Positions 46,342 to 64,000 of a stretch of 64,000 nucleotides of DNA are shown here, piece by piece (positions within the stretch are counted from its first letter, which is position 1; each line of letters opens with the position of its first letter). Under the pieces are notes generated by a model. The model had not been told where the DNA came from and did not search any database. It was given only the letters and a program-made list of their open reading frames with translations. A program made the translations under genes and the position numbers. Source of the stretch: Macrostomum lignano (Eukaryota); the NCBI GenBank assembly GCA_002269645.1, contig NIVC01003231.1:1-64000 (forward strand), given 5' to 3'.

Positions 46342-49134
46342 TCCTATATACTAAAAATGAGTTGTCTGTCGGTATGCGATAGATTTCAGAAAAAATGGCT
46401 CAACCGATTTTCTTCAAACTTTCACCATTTGATCAGAAATTTTCCTGGGACGGTACATGCATCCTGGCTAAGAAATTGCTCAATGTTAAAGGGATTAAAT
46501 ATTCGAAAAACATGCTTTTTTGCAAAGGTCAAGCAAAATTTTCGACTTGAAATGCATTGTAAGAATGCTAGAGAAAAACCTGACTGACTGAATTTCAATT
46601 CTGATAAGGATTGCATCACAACAAGTTGAAAACAGTGTCGAAGAAATGCACACACGACTTGATTTAAATTGCGTAACCAATATTGCTAACTTGAACTGAG
46701 ACTGATACTGGCTGACTGAGAAATTGATTATGTCATAACTTTTTACTTTAATTGACTTGCAGTAAGAATTGAATTATAAGGGCCACAATTCATGTACTCC
46801 AATTGAGAAGAGATAGCTTAGATACGAACAGACTGGACTGCCAACGTAGCGACCTGGGTTCGAATCTTATTAGTGCAAAATAATTTTTTTATAAAACACC
46901 TTGAAAACACTAAACTGCAAAACATAAAAGAAGCGCAAAAGAAGAGCCACCATATCAAACATTAAAGAACCACCATGTCGAACATTAAAAAGCCACCGTG
47001 TCAAACATAAAACAGCCACCATGTCGAACATTAAAGAGCCACTATGTCAAACATTAAAGAGCCACCATGTAGAATATTAAAGAGCCACTATGTCAAACAT
47101 TAGAGAGCCACTATGTCAAACGTAAAAGTGACTTTATGTCAAACATTAAAGAACCACCATTTCGAACATTAAAGAGCCACAATATCAAACATTAAAGAAC
47201 CACCATATCGAACATTAAAGAGCCACCAAGTCAAACATTAAAGAGCTACCATGTCAAACATTAAAGACCTACCATGTCAAACATTCAAGAGGCATCATGT
47301 CAAACAGTAAAGAGCCACCAAGTCAAACATAAAAGAGCCACCATGTCAAACATTCAAGAGTCACCATATCAAACATTCAAGAGCCACCATGTCAAACATT
47401 CAAGAGCCACCATGCCAAACATAAAATAGCCACCATGTCGAACATTAAAGAGCCACTATATCGAACACTAAAGAGCCACCGAGTCAAACATAAAAGAGCT
47501 ACCATGTCAAACAATAAAGACCTACCATGTCAAACATATAAGAGCTATCATTTCAAACATAAAAGAGCTATCATCTCAAACATGAAAGATCCACCATGCC
47601 AAACATAAAAGAGCCACCATGTCGAACATTAAAGAGCCACCATGTCGATCATAAAAGAGCCACTATGTCAAACATTAAAGAGCCACCATGTAAAACATTA
47701 AAGAGCCACCTTGTCGAACAATAAAGAGCCACCATGCCAAACATAAAAGAGCCACCATGTCGAACAGTAAAGAGCCACCATGTCAAACATACACGTGACT
47801 GACTCCATGTCAAACATTAAAGCGCCACCATGTCAAAAATTAAAGAGCCACCACGTCAATCATAAAAGAGCCACCATTTCAAACATAAAAGAGCCACCAT
47901 GTAAATCATAAAACAGCCACCATGTCAAACATTAAAAAGCCACCATGTCGAACTTTAAAGAGCCACTTTGTCAAACATATACATGACTCCATGTCAGACA
48001 TTCAAGAGCCACCATGTCGAACATTAAAGAGCCACCATGTCGAACTTTAAAGAGCCACTATGTCAAACATTAAATAATCACAATGTAAAACATTAATGAG
48101 CCGGAATATCGAAAATTAAATAGCACAATGTCAAACATCAAAGAGCCACCATGTCAAACATATACATGACTCCATGTCATACATATACATGACTCCATGT
48201 CGAACATTAAAGGGCCACCAAGTCAAACATTAAAGAGCCACCATGTCAATTATAAAAGAGCCACCATGTCGAAATTAAAAGAGCCACCATGTCGAACATT
48301 AAAGAGCCACCATGTCAATTATAAAAGAGCCACTATGTCGAAATTAAAAGAGCCACCATGTCAAACATTAAAGAGCCACCATGTCAAACATTAAAGAGCC
48401 ACCATGTCGAACATAAAAGAGCCACCATGTCAAACATTAAAGAGCCACCATTTCAAACATTAAAGAGCCAACATTACATTAAGGTGCCACCAGGTCAAAC
48501 AATAAAGAGCCACCATGTCTAACATTAAAGAGCCACCATGTCAAACATAAAAGAGCCACCATGTCAAACATAAAACAGCCACCATGTCAAACATTTAAAG
48601 AGCCACCATGTCAACCATAAAAGAGCCACAATGTCAAACATATATGTGACTCCATGTTCAAACATTAAAGAGCCACCATGTCGAACATTAAAGAGCCACC
48701 ATGTCTAACATTATAGAGTCACCATGTCCAACATTAAAGAGCCACCATGTCAGACAATAAAAAACCCCGAATCAAACATTAAAGAGCCACCATCTCAAAC
48801 ATAAAATTTACACAATTTCAAACGTAAAAGTAAGCGTCATGCTAACTTTAAAGGAGCCACTATAGAGCTAAGGAAATTGTAGCACTAGCTACTTATTGTA
48901 TGGTGGATGCTTACTATTTGGGGATGCTTGCTATCTGGGGGATGCTTGCAATCTGGGGGATGCTTGCCATCTGGGGGATGCTTGCTGTCTTGGGATGATT
49001 TCTTTTTGCATTACACTTTATTTGAGCAGTTTGTCTGTCGTCTTTGTGAAGGCTTTATTTGGCTGTCTTTTTGTTACTTGTAGAGAACAGAGATTCTATC
49101 CAGATGTCCCCCAACGGGGGGCGAAGATTGCTAG
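46342..49134 (+). mobile_element. Helitron-like unit 1
   Basis: A|TC start; tRNA-like cassette at about 46812-46890; 23-bp array at about 46920-48810; short 18-bp array; hairpin at 49106-49122; CTAG at 49131-49134. Confidence 0.85.
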
Positions 49135-49135
49135 T

Positions 49136-51944
49136 TCCTATATACTAAAAATGAAATGTCTGTAACTAACTAGCTATGCGATAGATTTCAGAAAAAATGG
49201 CTCAACCGATTTTCTTCAAACTTGCACCATTCGATCAGAAATGTTCCTGGGACGGTACATGTATCTTGGCTAAGAAATTGCTCAATGTTAAAGGGATTAA
49301 ATATTCGAAAAACATGCTTTTTTGCAAAGGTCAAGCCAAATTTTTGACTTAAAATGCATTGTAAGAATGCTAGAGAAAAAACTGACTGGCTGAATTACGA
49401 TTGTGATAAAGATTGCATCACAACAAGGTGAAAACAGTGCCACAGAAACGCACACAAGACTTCATTGAAATTGCGTAACCATATTGCTAACTTGAATTGA
49501 GACTGATACTGGCTGACTGAGAAATTGATTATGTCATAACTTTTTACTCTAACCGACTTGCTATAAGTATTGAATTATAAGGGCCACAAGTCATGTTCTC
49601 CAATTGAAAAGAGATAGCCGGATGCAAACAGACTGGAATGCTAATGTAGCGACCTTGGTTCGAATCTTAGTGGTGAAAAATGTTTTTTTTATTAAAACAC
49701 GTTAAAAAACACAAAATTCTCAACATTAAAGAGCCACCATGTCGAAACATTAAAGAGCCACCATTTCAAACATTAAAGAGCCACCATGTCGAACATAAAA
49801 GAGCCACCATATCAAACATACAAGAGTTACCATGTCAAACATTAAAGAGCCACCATGTCGAACATTAAAGAGCCACAATGTCAAACATTAAAGAGCCACC
49901 ATTTCAAACCTAAAAGAGCCACCATGTCGAACATTAAAAAGCCACCATGTCAAACATTAAAGAGCCACCATGTCGAACATTAAAGAGCCACAATGGCAAA
50001 CATTAAAAAGCCACCATGTCAAACATTAAAGAGCCACAATGGCAAACATTAAAGAGCCGCCAGGTCAAACATAAAACAGACACCATTAAGAACATTAAAG
50101 AGCCACCATGTCGAACATTAAAGAGCCACCATGTCAAACATAAAACAGCCACCATTTCGAAAATTAAAGAGCCACCATTTTAAACATTAAAGAGCCACCT
50201 TGTCAAATATTGAAGAGCCACAATGTCAAACATTAAAGAGCCACCTTATCAAACATTAAAGAGCCACCATGTAAAACATTAAAGAGCCACCATGTCGAAC
50301 ATAAAAGAGGTACCATGTCAAACATTAAAGACCCACCAGGTCAAACATGAAAGTGCCACCATGTCAAATATTAAAAAGCCACCATGTCAAACATTAAAGA
50401 GCCACCAGGTCAAACATGAAAGTGCCACCAGGTCAAACATATACATGACTCCATGTCAAACATTAAAGAGCCACCATGTCGAACATAAAAGGGCCACCAT
50501 GTCAAATATTAAAGAGCCACCATGTCAAACATTAAAGAGCCACCAGGTCAAACATGAAAGTGCCACCATGTCAAACATTAAAGAGCCACCACGTCGAACA
50601 TAAAAGAGCCACCATGTAAAACATATACGTAACTCCATGTCAAACATTGAAGCGACACCATGTCGAACATAAAAGAGCCACCATGTCGAACATTAAAGAG
50701 CCACCATGTCGAACATAAAAGAGCTACCATGTCAAACATTAAAGAGCCACCATGTTAAACATAAAAGAGCCATCATGTCAAACATATAAGTGACTTTATG
50801 TCGAACATTAAAGAGCCACCATGTCTAACATTAAAGAGCCACCATGTCCAACATTAAAGAGCCACCATGTCAAAAATTAAAGAGCCACCATGTCTATCAT
50901 TAAAGAGCCATCATGTCAAACATTAAAGAGCTACTTTGTCTAACATTAAAGAGCCACCATGTCAAACATTAAAGAGCTACTTTGTCTAACATTAAAGAGC
51001 CACCATGTCAAACATTAAAGAGCCACCATGTCAAACATTAAAGAGCCACCATGTCAAACATAAAAGAGCCACCTTTTTGAACATTAAAAAGCCACTTTGT
51101 CAAACATAGAAGAGCCCCCATGTCAAGCATAGAAGAGCCCCCATGTCAAACATAGAAGAGCCCCCATGTCAAACATAGAAGAGCCCCCATGTCAAACATA
51201 GAAGAGCCACTATGTCAGACATTGAAAAGCCACCGTATCAAACATAAAAGAGTTACCATGTACGAGCGTAGAACATAAAAGAGCCACCCTGTTAAACATA
51301 AAAAGACACACAATTTCAAACGTAAAAGTAAGCGAATTTTAAAGGAGCCGCTATAATGCTAAGGAAATTGTCGCACTAGCTACTTATTGTCTGGTGGATG
51401 CTTGCTATCTGGGGGATGCTTGCTATCTGGGGGATGCTTGCTATCTGGGGGATGCTTGCTATCTGGGGGATGCTTGCTATCTGGGGGATGCTTGCTATCT
51501 GGGGGATGCTTGCTATCTGGGGGATGCTTGCTATCTGGGGGATGCTTGCTATCTGAGGGATGCTTGCTTTCTGGGGGATGCTTGCTATCTGGGGGATGCT
51601 TGCTATCTGGGGGATGCTTGCTATCTGGGGATGCTTGCTATCTGGGGGATGCTTGCTATCTGAGGGATGCTTGCTATCTTGGGGATGCTTGCTATCTGGG
51701 GGATGCTTGCAATCTGGGGGATGCTTGCTATCTGGGGGATGCTTGCCATCTTGGGGATGCTTGCTATCTAGGGGATGCTTGCTATCTGGGGGATGCTTGC
51801 AGTCTTGGGATGATTTCTTTTTGCAATGCACTTCATTTGAGCAGTTTGTCTGTTGTCTTTTTGAAGGATTTTTGGCTGTCTTTTTGTTACTTTAGAAAAC
51901 AGAGATTCTATCCAGATGTCCCCCATCGGGGGGCGAAGATTGCT
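49136..51944 (+). mobile_element. Helitron-like unit 2 (3' CTAG damaged)
   Basis: TC start after CTAG-T; same internal order as unit 1; ends GATTGCT|TCC. Confidence 0.82.
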
Positions 51945-53816
51945 TCCTATATACTAAAAATGAGTTGTCTGTATGTATGTGGGTAGGTATGCGATAGATT
52001 TCAGAAAAATTGGCTCAACCGATTTTCTTCAAACTTGCACCATTCGATCAGAAATTTTCCTGGGACGGTACATGCATCTTGGCTAAGAAATTGCTCAATG
52101 TTAAAGGGATTAAATATTCGAAAAACATGCTTTTTTGCAAAGGTCAAGCAAAATTTTCGACTTGAAATGCATTGTAAGAATGCTAGAGAAAAAACTGACT
52201 GGCTGAATTCCGATTGTGATAAAGATTGCATCACAACAAGTTGAAAACAGTGTCAAAGAAATGCACACACGACTTGAATGAAATTGCGTAACCATATTGG
52301 CAACTTAAATTGAGACTGATTCTGGCTGACTGAGAAATTGATTATGTCATAACTTTTTACTCCAATTGACTTGTTGTAAGAATTGAATTATAAGGGCCAC
52401 AATTCATGTTCTCCAATTGAAAAAAGATAGCCCTGATGCGAACAGACTGGAATGCTAATGTAGCGACCTGGGTTCGAATCTTAGTAGTGCAAAAAAGATT
52501 TTTTTTTATTAAAACACCTTAAAAACACAAAACTTCTAAACATAAAAGAAGCGCAATGTCAAACATAGAAGAGCTACCATGTCGAACATAAAAGAGCCAA
52601 CATATCGAATATTAAAGAGCCACCATGTCAAACCTAAACGAGCCACCATGTCTAATATTTAAGAGGCACCATGTAATACATATAAGTGACTTTATGTTAA
52701 ACATAAAAGAGCCACCATTTCGAACATTAAACAGCCACCATTTCGAACATTAAAGAGCCACCATGTCGACCATAAAAGAGCCACTATTTCGAACATTTAG
52801 GAGCCACTTTTTCGAACATTAAAGAGCCACCATGTCAAACATTAAAGAGCTACTTTGTCTAACATTAAAGAGCCACCATGTCAAACATTAAAGAGCCACC
52901 ATGTCAAACATAGAAGAGCCACCATGTCAAACATAAAAGAGCCACCTTTTTGAACATTAAAAAGCCACTTTGTCAAACATAGAAGAGCCCCCATGTCAAA
53001 CATAGAAGAGCCCCCATGTCAAACATAGAAGAGCCCCCATGTCAAACATAGAAGAGCCCCCATGTCAAACATAGAAGAGCCACTATGTCAGACATTGAAA
53101 AGCCACCGTATCAAACATAAAAGAGTTACCATGTACGAGCGTAGAACATAAAAGAGCCACCCTGTTAAACATAAAAAGACACACAATTTCAAACGTAAAA
53201 GTAAGCGAATTTTAAAGGAGCCGCTATAATGCTAAGGAAATTGTCGCACTAGCTACTTATTGTCTGGTGGATGCTTGCTATCTGGGGATGCTTGCTATCT
53301 GGGGGATGCTTGCTATCTGGGGGATGCTTGCTATCTGGGGGATGCTTGCTATCTGGGGGATGCTTGCTATCTGGGGGATGCTTGCTATCTGGGGGATGCT
53401 TGCTATCTGGGGATGCTTGCTATCTGAGGGATGCTTGCTTTCTGGGGGATGCTTGCTATCTGGGGGATGCTTGCTATCTGGGGGATGCTTGCTATCTGGG
53501 GGATGCTTGCTATCTGGGGGATGCTTGCTATCTGAGGGATGCTTGCTATCTTGGGGATGCTTGCTATCTGGGGGATGCTTGCAATCTGGGGGATGCTTGC
53601 TATCTGGGGGATGCTTGCCATCTTGGGGATGCTTGCTATCTAGGGGATGCTTGCTATCTGGGGGATGCTTGCAGTCTTGGGATGATTTCTTTTTGCAATG
53701 CACTTCATTTGAGCAGTTTGTCTGTTGTCTTTTTGAAGGATTTTTGGCTGTCTTTTTGTTACTTTAGAAAACAGAGATTCTATCCAGATGTCCCCCATCG
53801 GGGGGCGAAGATTGCT
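51945..53816 (+). mobile_element. Helitron-like unit 3 (short 23-bp array, 3' CTAG damaged)
   Basis: Same architecture; its 3' kilobase is nearly identical to that of unit 2. Confidence 0.82.
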
Positions 53817-56767
53817 TCCTATATACTAAAAATGAGTTGTCTGTATGTATGTGGGTAGGTATGCGATAGATTTCAGAAAAAACGGCTCAACCGATTTTCT
53901 TCAAACTTGCACCATTCGATCAGAAATTTTCCTGGGACGGTACATGCATCTTGGCTAAGAAATTGCTCAATTTTAAAGGGATTAAATATTCGAAAAACAG
54001 GCTTTTTTGCAAAGGTCAAGCAGCTCTTTCGATCTGAAATGCATTGTAAGAATGCTAGAGAAAAAAACTGACTGACTAAATTTCAATTCTGATAAAGATT
54101 GCATCACAACAAGTTGAAAACAGTGCCAAAGAAATGCACACACGACTTGATTGAAATTGCGTAACAATATTGCTAACTTAAATTGACACTGATACTGGCT
54201 GACTAAGAAATTGATTATGTCATAACTTTTTACTCTAACCAACTTGCTGTAAGCATTGAATTATAAGGGCCACAAATCATGTTCGCCAATTAAAAAGAGA
54301 AAGCCTCGATGCAAACAGACTGGACTGCTAATGTAGCGACCTGGGTTCGAAGCTTAGTAGTGCAAAAAGATTTTTTTATTAAAAAAACCCTAATAAAAAC
54401 ATTTTAAATGCTAAAAACAAAAAGCTTAATGTAAAACATTAAAGAGCCATCATGTCAAACATAAAAGATCCACCATGTCTAACATTAAAGAGCCACCATG
54501 TCGAACATTAAAGAGCCACCCTGTCTAACATTATAGAGCCACCATGTCGAACATTAAAGAGCCACCATGTCAAATATTAAAGAGCCACCATTTCAAACAT
54601 TAAAGAGCCATCATTACACTAGGGTGCCACCAGGTCAAACATTAAAGAGCCACCATGTCTAACATTATCGAGTCACCATGTCAAGTATATTCGTGAATCC
54701 ATGTCAAACATAAAAGAGCCACCATGTCAAACACTAAAGAGCCACCATGTCCAACATAAAAGAGCCACCATGTCAAACATAAAAGAGCCACCATGTCAAA
54801 CATATATGTGACTCCATGTCAAAAAGTAAAGAGCGACCATGTCAAGCATAAAAGAGCCACCATGTCGAACATAAAAGAACCACCATGTCGAACATTATAG
54901 AGCCACCATGTCAAACATAAAAGAGCCATCATGTCAAACATAAAAGAGCCACCATGTCAAACATTAAAGAGCCACCATGTCAAACATATATGTGACTCCA
55001 TGTCAAAAAGTAAAGAGCCACCATGTCAAGCATAAAAGAGCCACCATGTCGAACATAAAAGAACCACCATGTCGAACAATATAGAGCCACCATGTCAAAC
55101 ATTAAAGAGCCACAACGTCAAACATTACAGAGCCACCATGTCGAACATTAAAGAACCACCATGTCTAACATTAAAGAGCCACCATGTCGAACATTAAAGA
55201 ACCACCATGTCTAACATTAAAGAGCCACCATGTCGAACATTAAAGAGCTACCATGTCTAACATTAAAGAGCCACCATGTCTAATATTAAAGAGCCACCAT
55301 GTCAAACATAAAAGGACCACCATGTCAAACATTAAAGAGCCACCATGTCAAACATTAAAGAGCCACCATGTCAAATATTAAAGAGCCACCACTTCAAACA
55401 TTAAAGAGCCACCATGTCTAACATTAACGAGTCACCATGTCAAGTATATTCGTGACTCCATGTCTAACATAAAAGAGCCACCATGAAGAACATAAAAGGG
55501 CCATCATGTCAAACATAAAAGAGCCATCATGTCAAACATAAAAGAGCTACCATGTCAAAAATTAAAGAGCCACCATGTCAAACATTAAAGAGCCACCATG
55601 TCTAACATTAAAGAGCCACTATGTCGAACATTAAAAAGCCACCATGTCAAACATTATAGATCCACCATGTCGAACATTAAAGAGCCACCATGTCCAACAT
55701 ATATGTGACTCCATGTCAAACATTAAAGAGCCATCATGTCAAACATAAAAGAGCCACCGTGTAGAACATAAAAGGACCACCATGTCAAATATTAAAGAGA
55801 CACCATGTCGAACATTAAAAAGCCACCATGTCTAACATTATAGATATACCATGTCGAACATTAAAGAGCCACCATGTCAAACAATAAAGAGCCACCATGT
55901 CTAACATTAACGAGTCACCATGTCAAGTATATTCGTGACTCTATATCAAACATCAAAGAGCCATCATGCCAAACATAAAAGAGCCACCATGTCAAAAATT
56001 AAAGAGCCACCATTTCAAGCATAAAAGGACCACAATGTCGAACATTAAAGAGCCACCATGTCAAAAATTTAATAGCCAACATGTCTAACATTAAAGAGCC
56101 ACCATGTCGAACATTAAAGAGCCACCATGTCTAACATTATGGAGCCACCATGTCTAACATTATAGAGCCACCATGTCAAACACTAAGAGCCACCATGTCA
56201 AACATAAAAGAGCCACAATGTCAAACATTAAAGTGACACCATGTCAGACATTAAAAAACTCCGAATCAAACATCAAAGAGCCACCATGTAGAACATTAAA
56301 GAGCCACCATGTAGAACATAAAAGAGCCACCATGTCAAACATAAAATATACACAATTTCAAACGTAAAAGTAAGCGTCATGCCAATTTTAAGGGAGCCAC
56401 TATAGAGCAAAGGAAATTGTTGCACTAGCTACTTATTGTCTGGTGGATGTTTACTATTTTGGGATTCTTGCTATCTGGGGGATGCTTGCTATCCGGGAGG
56501 GGGGATGCTTCCTATCTGGGGGATGCTTGCTATCTGGGGGATGCTTGCTATTTGGCGGATGCTTGCAATCTGGGGGATGCTTGCAATCTGGGGGATGCTT
56601 GCTATCTGGGGGATGCTTGCTGTCTTGGGATGATTTCTTTTTGCATTGCACTTCATTTGAGTATTTTGTCTGTTTTCTTTGTGAAGGCTTTTTTGCTATC
56701 TTTTTGTTACTTGTAGAGAACAGAGATTCTATACAGATGTCCCCCAACGGGGGGCGAAGATTGCTAG
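53817..56767 (+). mobile_element. Helitron-like unit 4
   Basis: TC start; hairpin then CTAG at 56764-56767, followed by T. Confidence 0.85.
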
Positions 56768-57769
56768 TTATTAATTACTATATTTAAAATTAAATACTGG
56801 GCCTATATGGGCTATGGCTACTATCAATCAGTATTGCGTTACTAGGCCTACTGCCTACATAGGCATTGGCTAGGCTGGCTGATGGTGATTTCGTCTGGGT
56901 ATCTTGTAGGCCTATCCAGTCAATCTGGCAATAAGATGGTCTACTAGCAATAGACAAGCCAGCAAAAGTCAATTTGGCAATGGTCAATCCAGCGGCGATC
57001 CTTCAGTTTCCCGCTCTAAATTATTTAAACCCTAGACCAATGGGCTGCTTACAACATGTTGGCCAACCAACTGATGGTCAACCATTCGGCCATTCGCCAA
57101 TGCCAAGCTTTCTGCCATCAGCACTTCAACTTTGGCAATATCCTCTACTGGATGACACACTATTACCCTATGTAGAACTCTGAACTCTTGCAAGAACTCT
57201 GTAAGCTTGTTGGACTCTGCAAAGTTCAAAAAAGGGCTTAAAATTTAGAGCAGGAAACTGAAGCCTTCAGTGAAGGATTGCCAATTTAGCAACAAGGTGT
57301 AATATAGGCCTAAGTAAAAGTTAGCGCCTATTAAATCAATAATTTAGGGTCTAGCATTTATATAGATTATTTAGAGCTAGGCCCTAAACAATTGTTATTT
57401 TCAATATTGTTAAATTTGGCAAGTTTTTATCTATAAATAATTTGTTAAATTAAATGGAATTGGGCTAAGCCTTATCTTAGACTCTTGAACATACATGCGC
57501 AACAGTCGGCCAATCTGGCTGACCGATTTGGCGGCCAACCAAGGTAAGTCACAAAAATGCCCCACTAGTAGGAATATAAACGTAGTACTAATTATATGAT
57601 GAGGCATTTAGCCTCAATAGGACAGTAATAGTTACCCTTGCCAGTTACCCAAAATTGCATTAAGTTTGCTTTAGTTTCCTTTACAGGTAAGTCGCATTTT
57701 TGGCCAAAAACTACGTCACATTTTTTGTTAAAACTAAGTCGCACAGCCGATCAAATTTTGGAGGTTGCG

Positions 57770-58036
57770 CCCTATTGTAGCCAAGGTCTGAACCGCGCCG
57801 GACGCCCCCCTTTCCCGCGCCAGACATCTACCCGTACTGCGCCAGGGCCAGTCCCCAGGATCAGTGATTTGGTTCAATTAGTCAGTCAATGGCTCGCCGC
57901 GCGCTGCGCGCCGCCGCCACACACCACGCCACCGCGCGCCGCCGCCACGCGCCGCGCCGCCGCCGCGCGCCGCGCCGCCACCAGTCCAATCCGCGCCGGA
58001 CGCCATCCACGAAAATGGCCATTGGCTGCAATAGGG
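57770..58036. mobile_element. GC-rich MITE, 267 bp, 15-bp TIR, 8-bp TSD
   Basis: CCCTATTGTAGCCAA and TTGGCTGCAATAGGG (1 mismatch); AGGTTGCG at 57762-57769 and 58037-58044. Confidence 0.88.
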
Positions 58037-58300
58037 AGGTTGCGGACATATACTCTTGAAGGTTATATATATACCAGAATTTTCTAGTATACCAATGGAG
58101 AGTTTGGCTATTTTGGTATACCGCTTTGAGCTCAGATTTTTATCATACAAATAGTAATTAAATAATTTGTTTTTAAAACTATATGCGCATTTCAGGTAAT
58201 CAGGTTCAATACTTACTTACTTACTACTGACGGGGGGCGCAGGCGCCGCGAATAGGCCGCGAGGCCCCTATCGCAACCCCAAGGTAAAAGAGCACAAGGA

Positions 58301-63179
<4,879 letters not shown>

Positions 63180-64000
63180 TTATCCCAGGATTGCTCCCAG
63201 GCGAGGCTCCGGCAGGCCCCCGGTCCACACTCTGCAAGATCAGGGGGCGGGAGGCCGGCTGCGGGCTTGGGACACAGGCGCCAGGTCGAGTTGACAGCCG
63301 ACGCCCGAGCCCTCCCCCACAAGAGCGGCCCTCGAGAACCCGTGTGGTACCAGTTGCAACTAAGGGCTGTCGATGGGTAGTTGGCGCTTAGCCAGCAGCC
63401 AACTACTTAGCAGCCACCTGCCCCGCAAAAAAGCAGCAGGGGGGATCCGTCCCCCACCAGCAGACCAAGACGAGGAAGCTAGCCGCTTCCACGCCAGGCC
63501 AGAACGAAAAGGAGGGGGAAGAGCCTCCTCGAAAAACGAAAAGCTGGCGGATGTCACAGAGTCCCTTGGTTTAAGTTGCCGTTTGCCCCCCATCAGGTTC
63601 AATAACAACAAGAGTTTTAAAAAAATTCTTTTTTATATATAGTACTAATGATACTTTTTTGAATAAAAACAAAACTTCTTTTAAATTTTTAAAAATTGTT
63701 GGTTATTACATTCTTGCTATTTAAAAGCCATGTGTAGAAGTGGTTTTTGTTTCTAAGAAATACTAGTTTTAAAATGTTATACGAAAATCCTATTTTTGTT
63801 TTACTTTGCAAAATATTCTCAAATATTCTATGTTTGTTTAAATACACACAAAAGAAATAGTATAAATAGGAGTGAAGTTTAGGGAAGTAGGATTCAACTT
63901 GCTCTCACGAATTAAATTGTTTACAGCTTGTTCAATACTTATTCTCAGATCATTGCTTATTTTAAGAGGTATTGAGAGTTGGGAATCAGGGATTCATGCA

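Larger units (their letters stand above)
46920..56345. repeat. four 23-bp minisatellite arrays inside the Helitron units (about 46920-48810, 49710-51300, 52530-53170, 54420-56345)
   Basis: Unit AACATTAAAGAGCCACCATGTC(A/G), with diverged copies. Confidence 0.93.
48905..56630. repeat. four 18-bp minisatellite arrays near the Helitron 3' ends (about 48905-48995, 51394-51810, 53267-53680, 56443-56630)
   Basis: Unit GGGGGATGCTTGCTATCT; roughly 5, 23, 22 and 9-10 copies. Confidence 0.93.
46342..56767 (+). mobile_element. head-to-tail array of four non-autonomous Helitron-like elements
   Basis: The array sits in an A|T site. Each unit starts TCCTATATACTAAAAATG and ends with a GTCCCCC-AAC/ATC-GGGGGGC hairpin followed 8 nt later by CTAG (intact in units 1 and 4). 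Confidence 0.85.

Noticed and set aside
48197-56787. GDACYL, GGCLLS and MSNIKEPP ORFs, superficially Cys-rich or pentapeptide-like
   Set aside because: They are translations of the 18-bp and 23-bp arrays within the Helitron units, and the frames vary between copies.
63230-63591. HDV-like ribozyme at the LINE 5' end
   Set aside because: GGGGGGC can pair with GCCCCCT about 340 nt downstream as a P1, but I could not find P3/L3 immediately before it or a J4/2-P2 arrangement. An Infernal search would be decisive.

Overview
Eukaryotic (invertebrate animal) genomic DNA with GC-rich spliced exons and AT-rich or minisatellite-filled introns. The style resembles the free-living flatworm Macrostomum, but that is an impression the sequence cannot confirm. 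Five host genes: (1) the 3' part of an EGF-repeat single-pass membrane protein (+, 14-4047); (2) a ROS1/Sevenless-type receptor tyrosine kinase for which I could build a phase-consistent 27-exon model of about 2400 aa (-, 28305 to 5167); (3) a two-exon protein of about 316 aa and unknown family with two TTEYxDRY motifs (+, 31557-33189); (4) an intronless nuclear receptor with an atypical P-box, CVACKS (+, 39141-40283); (5) a slightly divergent cytoplasmic-type actin with three upstream CArG boxes (-, 43721-42435). Mobile DNA: a head-to-tail array of four non-autonomous Helitron-like elements (46342-56767), each carrying a tRNA-like Pol III cassette and two minisatellites; a full-length RNase H-containing LOA-like LINE with a 13-bp TSD and a TAATG ORF1/ORF2 overlap (58212-63591); a truncated relative of that LINE with an 11-bp TSD; a decayed RTE-like LINE; a CORE-type SINE; other tRNA-derived SINE heads; and three MITEs. 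There are about 15 further tandem arrays. One 22-bp satellite appears to derive from the D-arm of a tRNA-like SINE, and one repeat family is built on the GTGAG splice-donor motif. All coordinates were read by eye, and repeat edges are approximate. No CRISPR, rRNA or convincing true tRNA gene was found.
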